A DNA stretch of 64,000 nucleotides from Podarcis muralis (lineage: Eukaryota), in the NCBI RefSeq assembly GCF_964188315.1, contig NC_135672.1:13640001-13704000 (forward strand). Reading direction: 5' to 3'. The notes beneath the pieces were generated by a model, which was not told where the DNA came from, made no database searches, and saw nothing but the letters and a program-made list of their open reading frames with translations. Below, piece by piece: positions 28,801 through 43,800 of the stretch. The stretch's first letter is position 1; every line of letters begins with the position of its first letter. The translations under genes were made by a program, and so were the position numbers.

Positions 28801-31800
28801 ACCAAGTCGACGGACTATGCCAAACTGGCAAAACTAACTGGGAAGCTCAGAAATCAAGAAGACAAGAACTGCAGCCAGTCGGAAGCTGCGCCTTGGCTTT
28901 TGAACGGTTTCGGGAGTCAGATGGACTTCTGGAACGGATTCCATTTGAGAACCAAGGTACGACTGTATATTATTTTATATTTAGTATAGTATATCATATA
29001 ATGCTTGTATAGTATAGCCCGCTCCTTCTCCCAAATCAGGATTCAAGTCCACTTCTGACCAATCCAACTGTCTTAAATGTTGCAAATGTCCCTGCAGAGA
29101 TGGCGCATGGGATGCTGCCACTGCCCGCTTCTCCTGCTTACCTGTAGGACGTTGCTCTCGGCCTCTTCCCCCGTGATCACCTCCACCTTCTCCAGAAGAC
29201 ACCTCCTGGCCGTCGCCTTCGTGTAGGCTGCGGCAGACTCGGCCAGCGACTCTGAAATGTTGTTGGCTGGAGAACGGATAGGCCACATCATCATTATTAT
29301 TAAAATTAAAATTCAATCTTTACTGGTTTAAAAATGAGACAGGCACACAAATAATAATAATAAAAACACAGCACATAACTCAAAGAAAACAGTACAACAC
29401 GAAAACGCAAAAACATTTCAGCCATCGACTTCTGACCTCCCTGCTGATGATTATTTGCTTCCTTGCTACTTGCCTCTATTTTTCAAGAAACTTAGCCTGT
29501 ACTACATCTTATTTGTGTTCTTTATACCGTATGCAATTCCGAGAGTTACTCAAAGCCTTCCAAAGTTTTACTATGGGGACAATGTTCTTTTAAATACTGC
29601 CTACGAATCTCCCGTTCCTTTTAAAACTTTTGGGTCGACCGAAACGGAAACACGGTTTACCTTCCTGCCGGAGCGGTACCTATTTATCTACTTGAACTGG
29701 TATGCTTTCGAACTGCTAGGTAGGCAGGAGCTGGGATAGAACAATGGGAGCTCACCCCGTTGCGGGGATTCGAACCGCCGACCTTCTGATCGGCAAGCAC
29801 AAGAGGCTCAGTGGTTTAGACCACAGCTCCACCTGCACTTACCTTAAAATAAAATAAAATAAAATAAAATAAGCCGCATTATTGGTGGCGGGGTGGAGAG
29901 GGGCTCTGAAACGTCACAGCACGAACGGTTCCTCCCCTCCCTGAATTGACACCCGGGTCAAGGAAGAGCACAGCTGCCAAAACCCACCGGACTTTGGCGC
30001 ATGCGACTCTTGAGTCGATGGAGAGACGGGGAGAAGAGGGAGCCCGGCGGCCGTACCTTTCTCGGGAGTGGCTTCTTGCGACGAGGACTCCGAGCCCGAA
30101 TCTCCGCCAGCATTCTCCTTGACGCTGTCCGTGCTGGCTTCGCTCGACTTGGGGGGGCTCTGCCGGAAAGGAGCGGCGGTCAGAAAACAGGGGCGCTACC
30201 GAGGAAACGCTCCAGGCCGGCTTCCAGGGGGATGGGCGACCTGGCAGCTGTCCTGGGGCTGCATCCCGCTGGGAAGTTGAGCTGGATATAAGTTCCCAGC
30301 GGGGTGGGACTTGCCCACAAGTCTTTGAATTCTGGAATGGACTCCCCAGGGCGGTTGTGGCCTCTTCTTCCTGGGAGGCTTTTAAGCAGAGGTTGGGGTC
30401 CCTTTCCCTTTCTGATTCTATGAAACCAGGACACTCAAGCACCCCGTTCTATCTTTGCTGTCTAAATCTACAGAACTGAAAGCTCTCAGGAGCAATGGAC
30501 ATGGCTGCCAGAACCTTGTAAAAAGGTAAAGGTAAAGGGACCCCTGACCATTAGGTCCTGTTGCGGATGACTCTGGGGTTGCGGCGCTCATCTCGCTTTA
30601 CTGGCCAAGGGAGCCGGCGTCCAGCTTCCGGGTCATGTGGCCAGCAGGACTAAGCCGCTTCTAGCGAACCAGAGTAGCACACGGAAACGCCGTTTACCTT
30701 CCTGCCTGAGCGGTACCTCTTTATCTACTTGCACTTTGATGTGCTTTCGAACTGCTAGGTTGGCAGGAGCAGGGACTGAGCAACAGGAGCTCACCCAGTC
30801 GCGGGGATTCGAACCACTGACCTTCTGATCGGCAAGCCCTAGGCTCTGTGGTTTAGACCACAGCGCCACCCACGTCCCTTGCCAGAACCTCAATTGCCCC
30901 CCAAATGGAGAGGGGGGAAAACCTAGATTTGTTTTCACTTTGCTATTCAAAGAATTCATTGAGTGACTGAATTTGCAACCCACCTTTCTACTGCCGGGAG
31001 CTCAGGCGATGTGCACGGTTCCCCGCACTTCCTCCTCCTATCCCCAAAACAATCCTGCGAGGCGGGCTAGGCTTAGAGGCGGCCCCCAGCCCCAAAGGAA
31101 CCTTCACAAGTCACTGGAGGGGGAGAAGCGTGCAGGCCGCCTCCAGCTCCCGGGAAGCAAAAAGCGACATATAGAAATGCAACGAAGAGGAAGGCAAACA
31201 GACAGTCAGTGGCCTCGCAGGGATGTTGTTCTCTGTCTCTGGACTCGGGAAGAAGGGAGGCGGACTCACCAAGACTCTCTCGCTCATGTTCTGGCCAAAC
31301 ACAAACTTGTTACTGGGGGCCTCCGCGCTGTGCGTCGAGTTTTCTATGCTGCAGGGAAAAGAGGAACACTCTGTTTTCCCCCTGCAACAGCGACACGGCG
31401 GACTCGCTGCCCTCTCGGCGCAGAGGAAGGAGGGAAGGCCTGGGGTTCGAGGCTGCTGCAGAACCCAAGGAGAGGGAGGGGAAGGGGAGGGGGGGTCGCC
31501 GGCGCTCTCTTCCCCACCTGGAGCTGATGTACTGGAGGAAGTAGTTTGTGGCCAGAGGTGCCTCCGAGTTGGGGAGCCGGGAGTTCTGCGCGTCGACGGC
31601 GCCGTCGGCCTCGTCCCCTAGCTGGGATGGAGACGGGAAGCAGTGAGACGCACCGAGATTTGGGGGGCGGGGAGGGCTGAGGAAGGCCGGCGCCTCTCTC
31701 TAGCTCAGTTTATTACAGGAAAGCAGTTTCTACATGTGCCGTAGGGGGAAGTGGGGGGGGGCAGCTGGGAAGGGAGCCCGTCGAGGAAAACACTGACCCG

Positions 31801-34800
31801 AAACTTTGTGGGACATCTTTGGGAGAAAAAAAGGCTCTGGAATAAACCCGACACAAATCTGGAGTCCCCAAGGATGACGTCTTGTAAACCTCCTTCCGGC
31901 AGCCAAGCGGGTGCCAAAAATGTCTTGCTCTCCTTTCCTTTGACCCACATCAGCGAGGGGCTTCTTGTCATCTGGGCAGCCCAGGACCCCCAGACCCACT
32001 GCCCAGGCTTGCAACCCCAGGAGGTCACTTCAATGCCTCTCACACAGCTATTTGGCTTTACTCGCTTGTCTCTCAGGACAGACGGGCACCAACAATATTC
32101 CCACCCTGCCTATCGCATCAGCTATCAAGTTTACACGTACCTTCACACGGTCCCTTAGGTTCTGCCCAAATACGAAGGACTGTGGCGTGTTCTGGTCTGC
32201 CTTCTCTGTCTCCGAGGTGCTGTTGGACTCCTTAAGCAACGCACAAAAACACATGGTTGGAAAGCACCACCGAAACAGCTAAAAGCAGACGTTCCGGGCA
32301 GATACTGGCCTAAAAAGTGTCTTTGGGAGCCAGGGAATGCCTGGACTGAGGGCGCCCCCCGTATTCCTGCAGCGAGGGTGCCCCCCAACACCACAAGCCA
32401 ATCATCAAATTGCAGAATAAAAACCCAGGACCGGCAGACGAGACGCCGGCCCACGTCCTCCCCTCTGCCAACACCTCAGGGCTCCCGACAGACTCACCTT
32501 CTCCTCTGTGTCGGGACTTTTGGGCACGGCGTTAGTTGTGGATTCCGACACGGCGGCCACGGGGTCCGGAGGGATGCTTACGCCGTTGGTCCCGCTGCTT
32601 GGAACTGCGGAGGAGAAAACGCCCCGTTTAAAAGCACGCAAGGAGCGCCGCCTTCGTTCTTGCAAGAGCCCTTATTTCTCGGCGGCGGTTTTGTTGGTTT
32701 TTAAAAGCAGGGCAGAATCGCAAGGGCTCAAGCAGAGCCCAGCTGCGGGATCAGGCCCATCTCGGCCAGCGTCCTGGTGCCCCAAGGGGAAGTCAAAAAG
32801 AGGGACCTACATCCATGACCCATTTTTACCACAAAGCGAAATCAATACAGTCGTACCTTGGATTCCAAACACCTTGTAAGTTGAACATTTCGGCTCCTGA
32901 ATACCACAAACCCAGAAGTGACTGTTCCGGTTTGCGCACTCTTTTCAGAAGCCGAACATCCAGAGCTTCCTGCAGCCAATCGGAAGCTGCGCTTTGGTTT
33001 GCAAATGTTTTGGAAGTTGAACGGATTTTCAGAACGAATTCCGTTCGACTTCCGAGGTACGACTGTACTTGGATGGGTTTGGTTCCATTAGCACAAGGAG
33101 TTCGGCTTGTGCGACAGAAATCTCCCTTTGCCCTGGAGGGTTGGGGGAAACCCCAGAATACATTTTGGGTGTATGTGGTGGCATTGATTGAGTTCCTTTG
33201 AGCTAACAGAGTGGGCCCCTGCTTCGGGGGCTTCCCTTTGGGGATCTCTGTTTGGGTAAAAAGTCAAGGACCCCTGGACGGTTAAGACCAGTCCAAGGTG
33301 AATATGGGGTTGCAGCACTCATCTCGCTTCAGGCTGAGGGAGCCGGCATTTGTCTGAAGACAGCTTTCCGTGTCATGTGGCCAGCAGGACTAAACCACTT
33401 AATGGGACACCGTGACGGAAGCCAGAGCTCATGGAAACGCCGTTTACCTTCCCGCTGGAGTGGTACCTATTTATCTACTTGCACTTTGATGTGCTTTCGA
33501 ACTGCTAGGTTGGCAGGAGCTGGGACAGAGCAGCGGGAGCTCACCCCGTCATTGCGGGGATTCCAACCGCCGACCTTCTGATCGGCAAGTCCTAGGCTCA
33601 GTGGTTTAGACCCCAGCGCCATCCCGGTTGGACAGGATGCTGGGCTGTGATGGGGACCCTTTGCCAGAAACAAGGCTGCTCACGGCCCCGGGAAGCAAGT
33701 CTGGCTGCTCCCTCCCGTGCCCAGGGGAGTCACTTGCCTGTTTGGGAGAAAGCCTTGGGCTGGGGAGCTTGTAATACTGCCGGGCGCAGGACGCTTCTCT
33801 GCTGTTCCTTCGGTTTCTGGCTGGGGACCCCTGGGGGGGGGGGAGGAGAGAAGAAAGGATTCCCTTGGGCCTTGCGCAGAGATGGAGGAGGGGATTCCCC
33901 CCCCCCCAGCCCGGTCCAAACCTCACCAGCAGCCCCTAACCTGGACGCCCTCCTAATGTTTTGGACGGCAACTTCTTATAAGACATCCCCTATTTTGGGG
34001 GACTCCGATTTAAGAAAATGGAGGAAAGGTGGAATATTAACATCATACTAGCAGCAAATACGCCCCCCTGTTTTCCCAGTGCCCTCGGGTTAAAAACTTG
34101 TTCCTTACCTGCGCTGGGCGCCTGGCCATGGATGAGAGTGGGAGGCTTCAACCTGAATCCAGTGCTTTTTTCCTCTGGAATGCAAAATGGAAAAACATTG
34201 CTCTTTCTCTCTCCCACTTCCAAAATTGGGAGGGGGACAGGGAGGCAGAGGCGGGGGGGGCAGCCCAGCCGAGACCCTCACCTGGCTCAGAGTCGGAGTT
34301 CCCCGCCGAAGGCTCGCATAAGCTCGATGGCATGAAGACATTGTTCTTTGTCACTGGAAGAGGAGAGAGGGTGAGAGAGGATGCTCAGAGCCTGGGGGAA
34401 AGTGCCCACCCCCATTTTGCTCCCTGCCCCCAGAGAATCAGCATAAGGGGGCAGTAAGTGTGGAAGCTAGGAGAGAGCGGAGTTCGAATCCCCACCCCAA
34501 CTTCTTTTTTAAAGAGTATGTTTCCTTTTTTGAATGCTTTATTGATTGAAAACTTTATAACAGAAATGTACAATAGACGTTATAGGCAAAATGAGAAACA
34601 AAAAATACACAATTATTAATTTTTAAACTAATACTTGCTTTGTACATCGATTTGCGATTAAATTTGACAAAACCTCCGATCTTCCCCTGCGTTCCTGAAT
34701 TGAATTCCTTAAATGCGTGCTTAAACTTTACTTTCTCCATGTTATTTAACTATAAATTTTATTTTGTAAAATCATCCTATTTACACACCAAAGCACCATC

Positions 34801-37800
34801 AAAACCTGCCAACGGATTGATCTTTTGACAATGTTCTTTTGCATATCCCACACTCTGATAAATTTTTCATCTGTAATGTTCTCTTAGCCTTGCTCAGCTC
34901 AGCATACCCTCTTATTTTATTTTGCCAGTCTAATTTGGATGGGATATCCTCTCCCTTCCAGCCTTTTGCGATTAGAATTCCGGCAGCGATACATAAAGAC
35001 TCTCCTGAACTTTTTGGGTATTTCATTACCCGTAATTCCTAGCAGGAAGGCTTCAGGTTTTTAAGGGAAAGAGCATTTAGATTATGTTTCCAACTGTCCC
35101 TGGAAAGGTTAGAGGACAAGACACGCAGCTTCTTTCTAAGCAATTTCTACGTATTTTCCCTGGCGCTGAGGAACGACCCCCTGTTGCAGTTAAGAGAGAA
35201 ACAGCTTGTGTGTGTGAAATCAATACTGAGTTGTATCCCCAACCAGGACACCACTGGCTCCCCCCAACAAGCATCCGTAAAAACAGAAGACAAGTTTTGC
35301 TGGATGAGACCACCAGCCCATCTGCCCCAGAGCCGTTTCATTTCACACTTAAGTTGCTCACACCCTTTCTCCATTGCTGGACAGTGAATGGGCAATTTAT
35401 GTCACAGCTGTCCTTTCCGATATCAGCCCAGCACCAAATCTGGAGCCCAGAGCGGTGTTTCCTGGCAGCCGGTCCCATTCCCAGATCTACCTCCCCTTCC
35501 GGCTCCTAGCTGAAGCGCATTGAGAAAACACACATCCCCCTCTCCTCCAGAGAAAGGACGAGAGGAACTGTCCCTCTTTACCTGACTGCGAAGGCGGGAA
35601 CTGTGTGAGGGAAGAGGTCCTTTCGCGCTTGACGGGGGGGCAGTAGCTCCCATCCTCTCGGTCGGACTCTGTGGGGAAGGAGAGAGAGAGAGAGAGGGTG
35701 AAAGGGAAGCCCACTTTGTGTCGTCTCAGCCTTTGGGGTTGCAACCCAGCTAGCAGGAGGGACCACCTGGAAGCAGGCTTTGAAAACAGATGGGCACTCC
35801 TCTGATGGCTGTGTCTTCCATGCCGGCCCTGCCATGAGAAAGAGTGGGGCAGCTGCCTCAGGCGGCAGAAGCTGAGGGGCGAGGAGTGGCCAGGGTTGTC
35901 ACTGCCATGCGGCCTGCCCTATGCCTGCTAGGGTGTCTTCCCATCAGTTTCCGAGTAAGATTCAACTACTAGTCCTGGGAGAGGGTGCCTTCTGGTCCTC
36001 AGGCGGCAAAACATCTTGAGTGGGCCCGAAGGAAAGGGCGTCTGTGGTCCCCCAAGTGCTGCTGGCCTCTGACCCCCAGTAGCCTCTGCCGGCCAGCGTG
36101 GCTGTCGCTCACAGCTCTCTCTCTCTGATCCCTTGTCTGGCCCTCCCCTGGAAGCCACCACCTCCCTCTCATGCCCAACGTGAGAGCCGGCCCCACCAAC
36201 TGCCAGGAGTTTTTTTTACTTGCGGGAGCAAAACCCTTGGCCGGAACGGCGGGAGTGAAATAAGCCCCTGCACCCTGGCCGGCGACGCAAACATGTCGGC
36301 CTTCCACACAACCCATCCCGACTCTTTCTGGCACAGGGGGATCATCACCCCGAGAATGGGAATTCGGGGCGCCTCTGGACTGTCTCTAGGCAGCGGACAC
36401 GAAGTCTCCCTCACCTTCCCCGTCTTCTGGACTTGACCCATCTGCTGACCTCTGTAACAAATATATATACACGCGTGTAAGAGTTAGATTGCATCGCCCC
36501 CCCCCTCTCTCTCACACACACACAAAATTTTTGGGAATCCAAGCCTTGGCCCACCTTGAAAACAACTCACGTGAGTGAAAAGGACCCAGGGGTCAAAGTG
36601 CCTAAGACAACTTTGTTGCCGTTTGGTCAATTTTAGTTTACAGTGGTGCCTTGGTTCCCGAACAAGTAGACTCCCGAATGCGGCAAACCCAGAAGCAAGT
36701 GTTCTGGTTTGCAAACATTTTTCGGAAGCCAAACGTCCGATGTGGCTTCCGATTGGCTGCAGGACGGAAGCCGCGCCTCGGTTTCCGAACGGTTCCAGGA
36801 GTCGAACGGACTCCCAGAACAGATTAAGTTCGAGAGCCAAGGTAGCACTTTGTATGCGGATATGGCAGCTAAGAAGGTCCCACAGGTCTATGCGAGTGTC
36901 TGGATTTAGCACACTCCAAGCTTACTTTTCAATTGTTTAAGTTAAAAAGAAAAGGATAGAAGCAACTGTTTTAATTCAGGGCGCGGGACTCTTTGTGATG
37001 TCAGACGCAGGCATTCTTTCCCTCTTGGAATAATTTCCTAAGGACTCGGGAAGTCATAGAATTGTCCTCTCCAACTCTGCAATTCTACGATTCTTTGACC
37101 CAAAGGATCCTCTGCTCCAACCTTCTGCAAGCTGAAAAGCCCATCGCCTTCCACTGCCAAAGAAGACCTGTTACTGCCAGGGAGTTCTTCCTAATGTTTA
37201 GCACAGCTGGACAACTGTGAAAACTTTTTTTAAAAAAAAAAAAAATTCTGTATTCACCCCCCGAAAGCTATTCGATGCTATTAAAAATTCAATTAAAATA
37301 TAAGTAAAAATTGGCCAAAATCACAGAACAGGAGAACAAGTTTGGGAGCTGCACCCAAGAATGGAACAGGAGGAGGAAGGAGGGAGTCGGAGGGAAGGAG
37401 AACTTCAGACCAACAAATGGGAAATCGGTGGCCCTCCAAAGGTTGCTGCGTTCCCAGTTCTCGTTCTCGGCTTCTGGAGCTGCTAGGTGCCCTGAGCCCC
37501 AGCGGCATCTGGGAGGGCCAGCCTGGGGGGCGGATTGATTTTAAAACACTGCCAAGGCTGCTGCGCTGCCCCAGATTAAGCGGCGAGGGTGCTGTCTTCG
37601 CTCCATTTTCCAAATCCCGACACTTCCAAAAACGGCAGGCGTCCCCTGCCAACCCCCAGCCCAAAGATATGCTGCTGAGACATAACCCTGAAGCGCCCTC
37701 CTCTCCCTCGCCACCCCGTCCAAGAACTGCTATTTCCCTTCCATTGAAGGGCACTGGCTCAGGGGCACAAAGGGCGCCCAAGGCCCTGGCGGCATATCCA

Positions 37801-40800
37801 GCAAACGAAGACCCCCGCCTGAAACCCTGGAATGCCACCAGATGCCAGTCAGAGTGGGCAATGCAGAGCTAGGCTTCAAATCCCCACTTGGTCATGAAGT
37901 CAAGTTTCAGCCTCTTCACCTCCTTTGCAAGGCTGTTGTAGGGAGAACGGAGGAGGGGGGTGTGAACTACGTACTCCTTGGAGAAAGAGGTGGGAGATGA
38001 ACGCAGCAAATGAGCTCTTCCTCCGCTGACCTGCTTAAGAAAGCCGGAGAGCCCAGCCAGAGGGAGGTGCCCGCTGCCAGCCTGGCACCCAGAGATCTCC
38101 ACGCGGTTGCAATCGGACTCATACCAGTCGCAAAACGGGGCCTGGCACCTGGGGGGTTTCGAACACTGGGCAGGACCGCCATTCCTGCCCTGGAAACATC
38201 CCATGCCCCCGCTCACCCCCCAAAGTATGGGTTCCCGCATCACTTTGGGCCCTTCGGACAAAGGGCAGAATAAAAATAAAAAATAATACCACCCCTTTTG
38301 CACAGTGGTACCTCGGGTTAAGTACTTAATCCGTTCCGGAGGTCCGTTCTTAACTTGAAACTGTTCTCAACCTGAAGCACCACTTTAGCTAATGGGTTCT
38401 CCCGTCGCCACCGCATGATTTCTGTTCTCATCCTGAAGCAAAGTTCTTAACCTGAGGTACTACTTCTGGGTTAGTGGAGTCTGTAATCTGAAGCGTCTGT
38501 AACCCGAGGTACCACTGTATTTCTATCCACCCCCCTTGCCTTGGAGCGCGTGGGGCATCTGCTAGCCGTGTGAAACCTCTAAAAACAGGACTGCGTCCTT
38601 GGCACTCTCAAAGACGACACCCTGTTTCGTTCCCTCCCTTACCAAGCACACCTTCGCCCGCCCCCGTCCCAGAATTTCCACTTATTGGACACCCAGCCGC
38701 CGTCGGAACTCCTGTTCCAGCCTGCACTCGAACCTCCCAAGGCCCACACAGCGGCCGGCCACCCTCACCCCCTGGTACAGGGCAAAGGAGGCCTGTTTCC
38801 ATGTCTCCAGGCCGGGCTGGCCACGCTTGTGCCCTCCGGGCACTCCTGGAGCACCAACTCCCAGCAGCCAGCAGGGCCAATGGTCAGGCCCAAGAGTGGA
38901 TGGAGAGTCAGAGGCTTTGGGAGGGCATCCGATTCCTCGGCCGGAATGGAGACGGGTGTGGGGATCGCGGCTCTCTCTGGGACGGCTTCCTGTCTCCATC
39001 AAGCACCCTGAACTGTGGCGATTTGGCCAGCCTACTGTACAAGGAACCACACTGATTGCACGGCCCCCTTTTTTGCCTCCGTCCCTCCAAAAGCTGCACC
39101 CTTGGGGGAGCGGGGTCCTCGGGCTGCGGAAACTAGGAGAAACCGTGTCCTCTTCTCTCAGCGCTGCTGAAATTTGGGAGGGAGAAACCAAAGCTCAGGG
39201 AAGGCATTTTGTGCCGCTGCAGGCAAGTTAAACTGCAAGGCTGGGTCTTGTGCAGAAAAAATGTATATTTTGGGGAAGGGGGAGAAACAGAACTCAAGAG
39301 AGAGTTTCCGTGGAAGGCCTTTCCGGCCAGCTTTTCCAAGACTTACCCTCGCCAGTCCGGGCCGAACCGGAAGAATGCGGGACTCGGCCCCTGGGGGGGC
39401 GGGAGCCTCAAGGTTGCAGCCCCCTGGTGACTTGGGGTGACCCGCGGGCCGGCGAGGAGGCTCTGCTTCTCCCGGGGGGTCCTCGCCTGAGTCCGACACC
39501 CCTTTTTGCTCTGCAAGGGACTGGGGGGCAAAGGAGAAGAAGAGCCCTTCAGTGCCAGGCAATGGAAGGAGGGAGGAGGGCACGGAGGGGGGGGTCCATT
39601 GGGAGCCGGGCATCACCGCCAGCATCACGGTCCCGCAGCGTCAAGGCCCCACGGCGTCTCCTGTGTTTGGGGCGCTGGGTTTGGTTCTTGGGGCAAGTGG
39701 TTCCTGAGGTCCTGCTGTCTCCCATCAATGACCCCCCCCCTTGAAAAAGAGAGATGAGACCCCAAGGAATCTTTCAGGCCTTATTTACGGGTATCGGCAG
39801 CAGGGTGCTCTGGCTAGTTGTGCTTCCACTACCGACTGTCGCATTTAAGCTGCGGTTCCTGCATGACACGGGTTGGACTGGATGACCCCTGGGGTCCCCT
39901 CAGAGCAGTTTACAAAACAACAACAACAAACCAGTACAGTGGTACCTCGGTTCTCAAACATAATCTGTTCCGGAAGACCATTTGACTTCCGAAACGTTCA
40001 AAAACTGAGGCACAAAGGGCTGTCTGCACACTCAGTCTGCACACAGAAGCTGTTCGAAAATAGAAGCATTTACTTCTGGGTTTTTGGCATTCGGGTTCCA
40101 AAACGTTCGTCAACAGAGACGTTCGAGAACAGAGGGACCGCTGTACTAAGAAACAATAATTGGCAGGAAAGCAAAAAGTCCTTAAACTGCCACTGATCTC
40201 TTTGCAAGGCTGCAGCAACAGACACGGGCCTTTCCAATGTGCTTTCACGGGTCTAGGTTGGGACTGTTTTCCCAGGCACCTCCTCCCCTGAACTATACGG
40301 CCTGAACATGCAGGTCTCTTCCTAGGTCCTTCGGAAAGGCAGAGTATGCGGAATTCACACTTTACTATCCTCCTGCCACGAGCAACGACCCTGCAGAGCA
40401 GGCTTCGTCTCTGGCATGAATAACACCCATGCGCTGGATATATTATCATGGCTACTTCACACATCCAGAGCGCCTAAAGAAAATGATATAGCCAGGCACT
40501 TATAAGAAGATCAGACTGTCCCTGCCTGTGGGCTCACAATCAAACACGGGGAAAACAGAACTGCACAAGGCGAACTGCAGCAAAGGTTGGTGGCTTCAAA
40601 ACTGAACACCCCTTCCGATAAAACACCACATTGCCAAGCTATTCAAAACACAACTTTTCTGTAGGAGTGGCTCAGCCTTAAAACCGCCTTAGGCGAAAAC
40701 ACACAGACAAAATAATAATAGTAAGACTCAGCTCTATGGGCCAGGTACATTTCCACTCCAATTTGACAGAGAAAACACGCAATTCTCAAGTCCAGCAGAA

Positions 40801-43800
40801 GCCAGCGGATTCTCAGGGCAGCAGAGGCCACCGTGTTTCAACAAACGCCACGGGGCGAGAAACCCAATGGCAAAAAGGAGTTGCAAAGAAATCAGGGCCG
40901 CCGCCCAAACAATTTTTAATCCACCCATCTTATGAGTTTCTCAAGTCGCCGACTTGCCTACAACTAAATCAGCGCATGGGTAAAATGAATGGTGGCTCGC
41001 AAAACAAGGGGGATGGGCCGCTTTGGGCTTTAAGATCCGGGCCAAGGTAGTTCCCTCGGCCTGAGGGCTGCCTTCCCTTCCCAGGGGCTAGAGGCAAAAT
41101 CAGGCAGCAGAGCGACTGGCACAAGCAGCGGTTACCTTTGTACAGTAGGCTAGAATTTACGCACCTTTGTGCATGTCTGCCCGCGATCCGGACGGCTAAG
41201 AGGCGCCGTCAGAGTCTAAAGACACACCCCAGCCAGCCCCCCACCAAATAAAAAGGTGCAAAGGGTGAGGAGGGGTGTGTGGTTTGGGGACAGCACCAAA
41301 GGCCACACTCTCCCTCACTCCTGCTTAAGATATGGGGTGGTCTCCGGAGTCAGGCTCGCTGGCAGCCTTCCTTACATCACTTTGGGTGCCAGGCAACACC
41401 GTCTCTCTATAGCTGGGCCTTCGTATTTCTGCGGCCTTCTCACGGCTTTGGCAGGACGGGGGGTTATTGGTTTCCTTTTTGTTCCGTTATGTATTTTGCA
41501 TTTTTTCGTTGTGCACCGCCCTGGGATCTCCGGAGGAAGGGCGGTGGGCAAATTGAGCAAGCAAATAAAACACCACATTTTTCGCTCTATAAGACGCACC
41601 AGACCACAAGACGCACCTAGTTTTTGGAGGAGGAAAACAAGAAAAGAAATATTCTGAATCTCAGAAGCCAGAACAGCAAGAGGGATCGCTGCGCAGCGAA
41701 AGCAGCAATCCCTCTTGCTGTTCTGGCTTCTGGGATAGCTGCGCAGCCTGCATTCGCTCCATAAGACGCACACACATTTCCCCTTACTTTTTAGGAGGGA
41801 AAAAGTGAGTCTCATAGAGCAAAAAATACAGTAAAAACAAATGAGATGGTACGCACACAGAGGTGTTGCGGCAGACGTAAATTGTACAAGGCGCGCCACC
41901 CTCCCCTTTTTGCAAGGCAAGGAGCTTTTTATCAAAGGTCTGCATTAATCTACGTCAAACTTTTATTCGTTCTAATGAAAAGAAACCTGCCTCCCCATTT
42001 AAGGAGGACCTTTCTAATTGATTGAGGAAAGGCCCAAATTCCAGCTCTGTCGTCTCCCGGTAGGACCCCCCCCCCCAACAGTCCCCCCCTCAGTCACACT
42101 GGGGCTGAAGCCCAACCAAGTCTGGAGAGCACAGACAACACTGACCCTCTCAAATTTGCAGTCGATTCTTAGGCTGAGTCAAAGTGGGGGCGTTTTGTTC
42201 TTCCCGACTGAACTAACTGATCCAACCGAGTCCTAACTCTCTCACCATCAACCGCACTCCCCCCAAGAGACCTTTCGGGTCCAGTCAAGAGCTCCCAGCC
42301 TCCCTTGCAGGGGCCTTGGCAAGAAAAGAGTGGAAAGGGGAAGGAAAAACAGGCATGCCACTTTGAGCTCCTTGGGCCAAAGGTGGGATATAACTCAGGG
42401 GAATAAATAAGGGAGCCATGCCCAGTGTTTGACTAACATGGGATGCACACACCCCACTGTTGTCATATGACTTTCTGCCCTGCAGGATGTAAACGTGAAG
42501 ACGTTAGCAGGGGGAGACTTGCAAACCTTTCCTTTTCTGCACAGAAACCTTGCTGTCCTGCACCTTCCCAAAGCAGGGATTTCTGAATGTGGGCGTAAGG
42601 ACCCTTTAGTCCCCCAGAGGCTGAGGAACTACAGCCACCAGCAGCCAGCCCTGTCACTGTCCAGGGACGATGGCAGCTGTCGTTCAGCGGCAAGCGGAGA
42701 GCCAAAGGTTCCCCGAACCCTGCTTCACAAAAAGGGGTGCCTGTCCCTCTCAGCCCCCTCGCCAAGCCCCGGGTCCTTACCTTCTGGGCTTTTTCCTTCT
42801 GAAACACAAAGACAGGAGGGGCGATGGCTGGCTTTTCTGCAGAGAGACCAAAAGCGGAAAGGCACTCGGGTTAACTCAGAACGCACAGCCCGCTGCTGCC
42901 TTCACAAATGCACAAGAAGGCCCCACCCATGCTCAGAGGCACTCTTGCCTCCCGGAATTTATTCTGCCTGAACCAGGCTTGCTTTCCCCTTTCCCTACCT
43001 GGCTCCGTTCTCTCTGCCTCTGCTGATCCTCTCCTTCCCAGCCCAAAATACCTACCTGCACCATTATGCGCTATACACAAATATATATATATATATGGGA
43101 GCAGGAGGGGGTGGCTGTTCTTAATCTGGTCTGCTCCTCAGCCCAAGCACCCTCTGCCTATGCTCAGAGGCACTGCTACCTCTCAACATCTATCATGCAA
43201 TAGGTATTTATGTGAACCGCCCTGAGACCTTCGGGTTTAGGGCAGTATAGAAATTTAATAATAATAATAATAATAATAATAATATCATTCCCTTGCCGTT
43301 TATCTCCATGAGGAAACAGAGGGCAGGCTCCTCCTCCTCCCAACAAGCCCAGGTGCTCTGCCCATGCTCAGAGGTCCTAAAGCGAGAGTCCACTTGCTGG
43401 TGCCCCTCTGCCCATGCTCAGAGGCACGGCTCCCCTTTTGCAGCCCTCCCTCCGCCGTTTAACCCTTGGCCTGCCTCCCCTGGGGCAAGCACTCTGCCTA
43501 TGCGCAGAGGCACTGCTGCCTCTCAACACCCATCACTCCCTTATTTCACGAGGAAACAGAGGGGCGGGCCAGAGGTGGCGACATGCCAGGCTCCTCCTCC
43601 TCCAAACAAGCCCAGGTGCTGCTCCACCCAGGCACTCTGCCCATGCGCAGAGGCACTGCTGCCTCTCAACATCCACCATTCCCTTCTTTCACGAGGAAAC
43701 GGAGGGGCGGGCCAGAGGTGGCGACACGCCAGGCTCCTCCTTCTCCTCCTCCTCCAAACAAACCCAGGGCCCTTCGGCTATGCTCAGAGGCACGGCTCCC

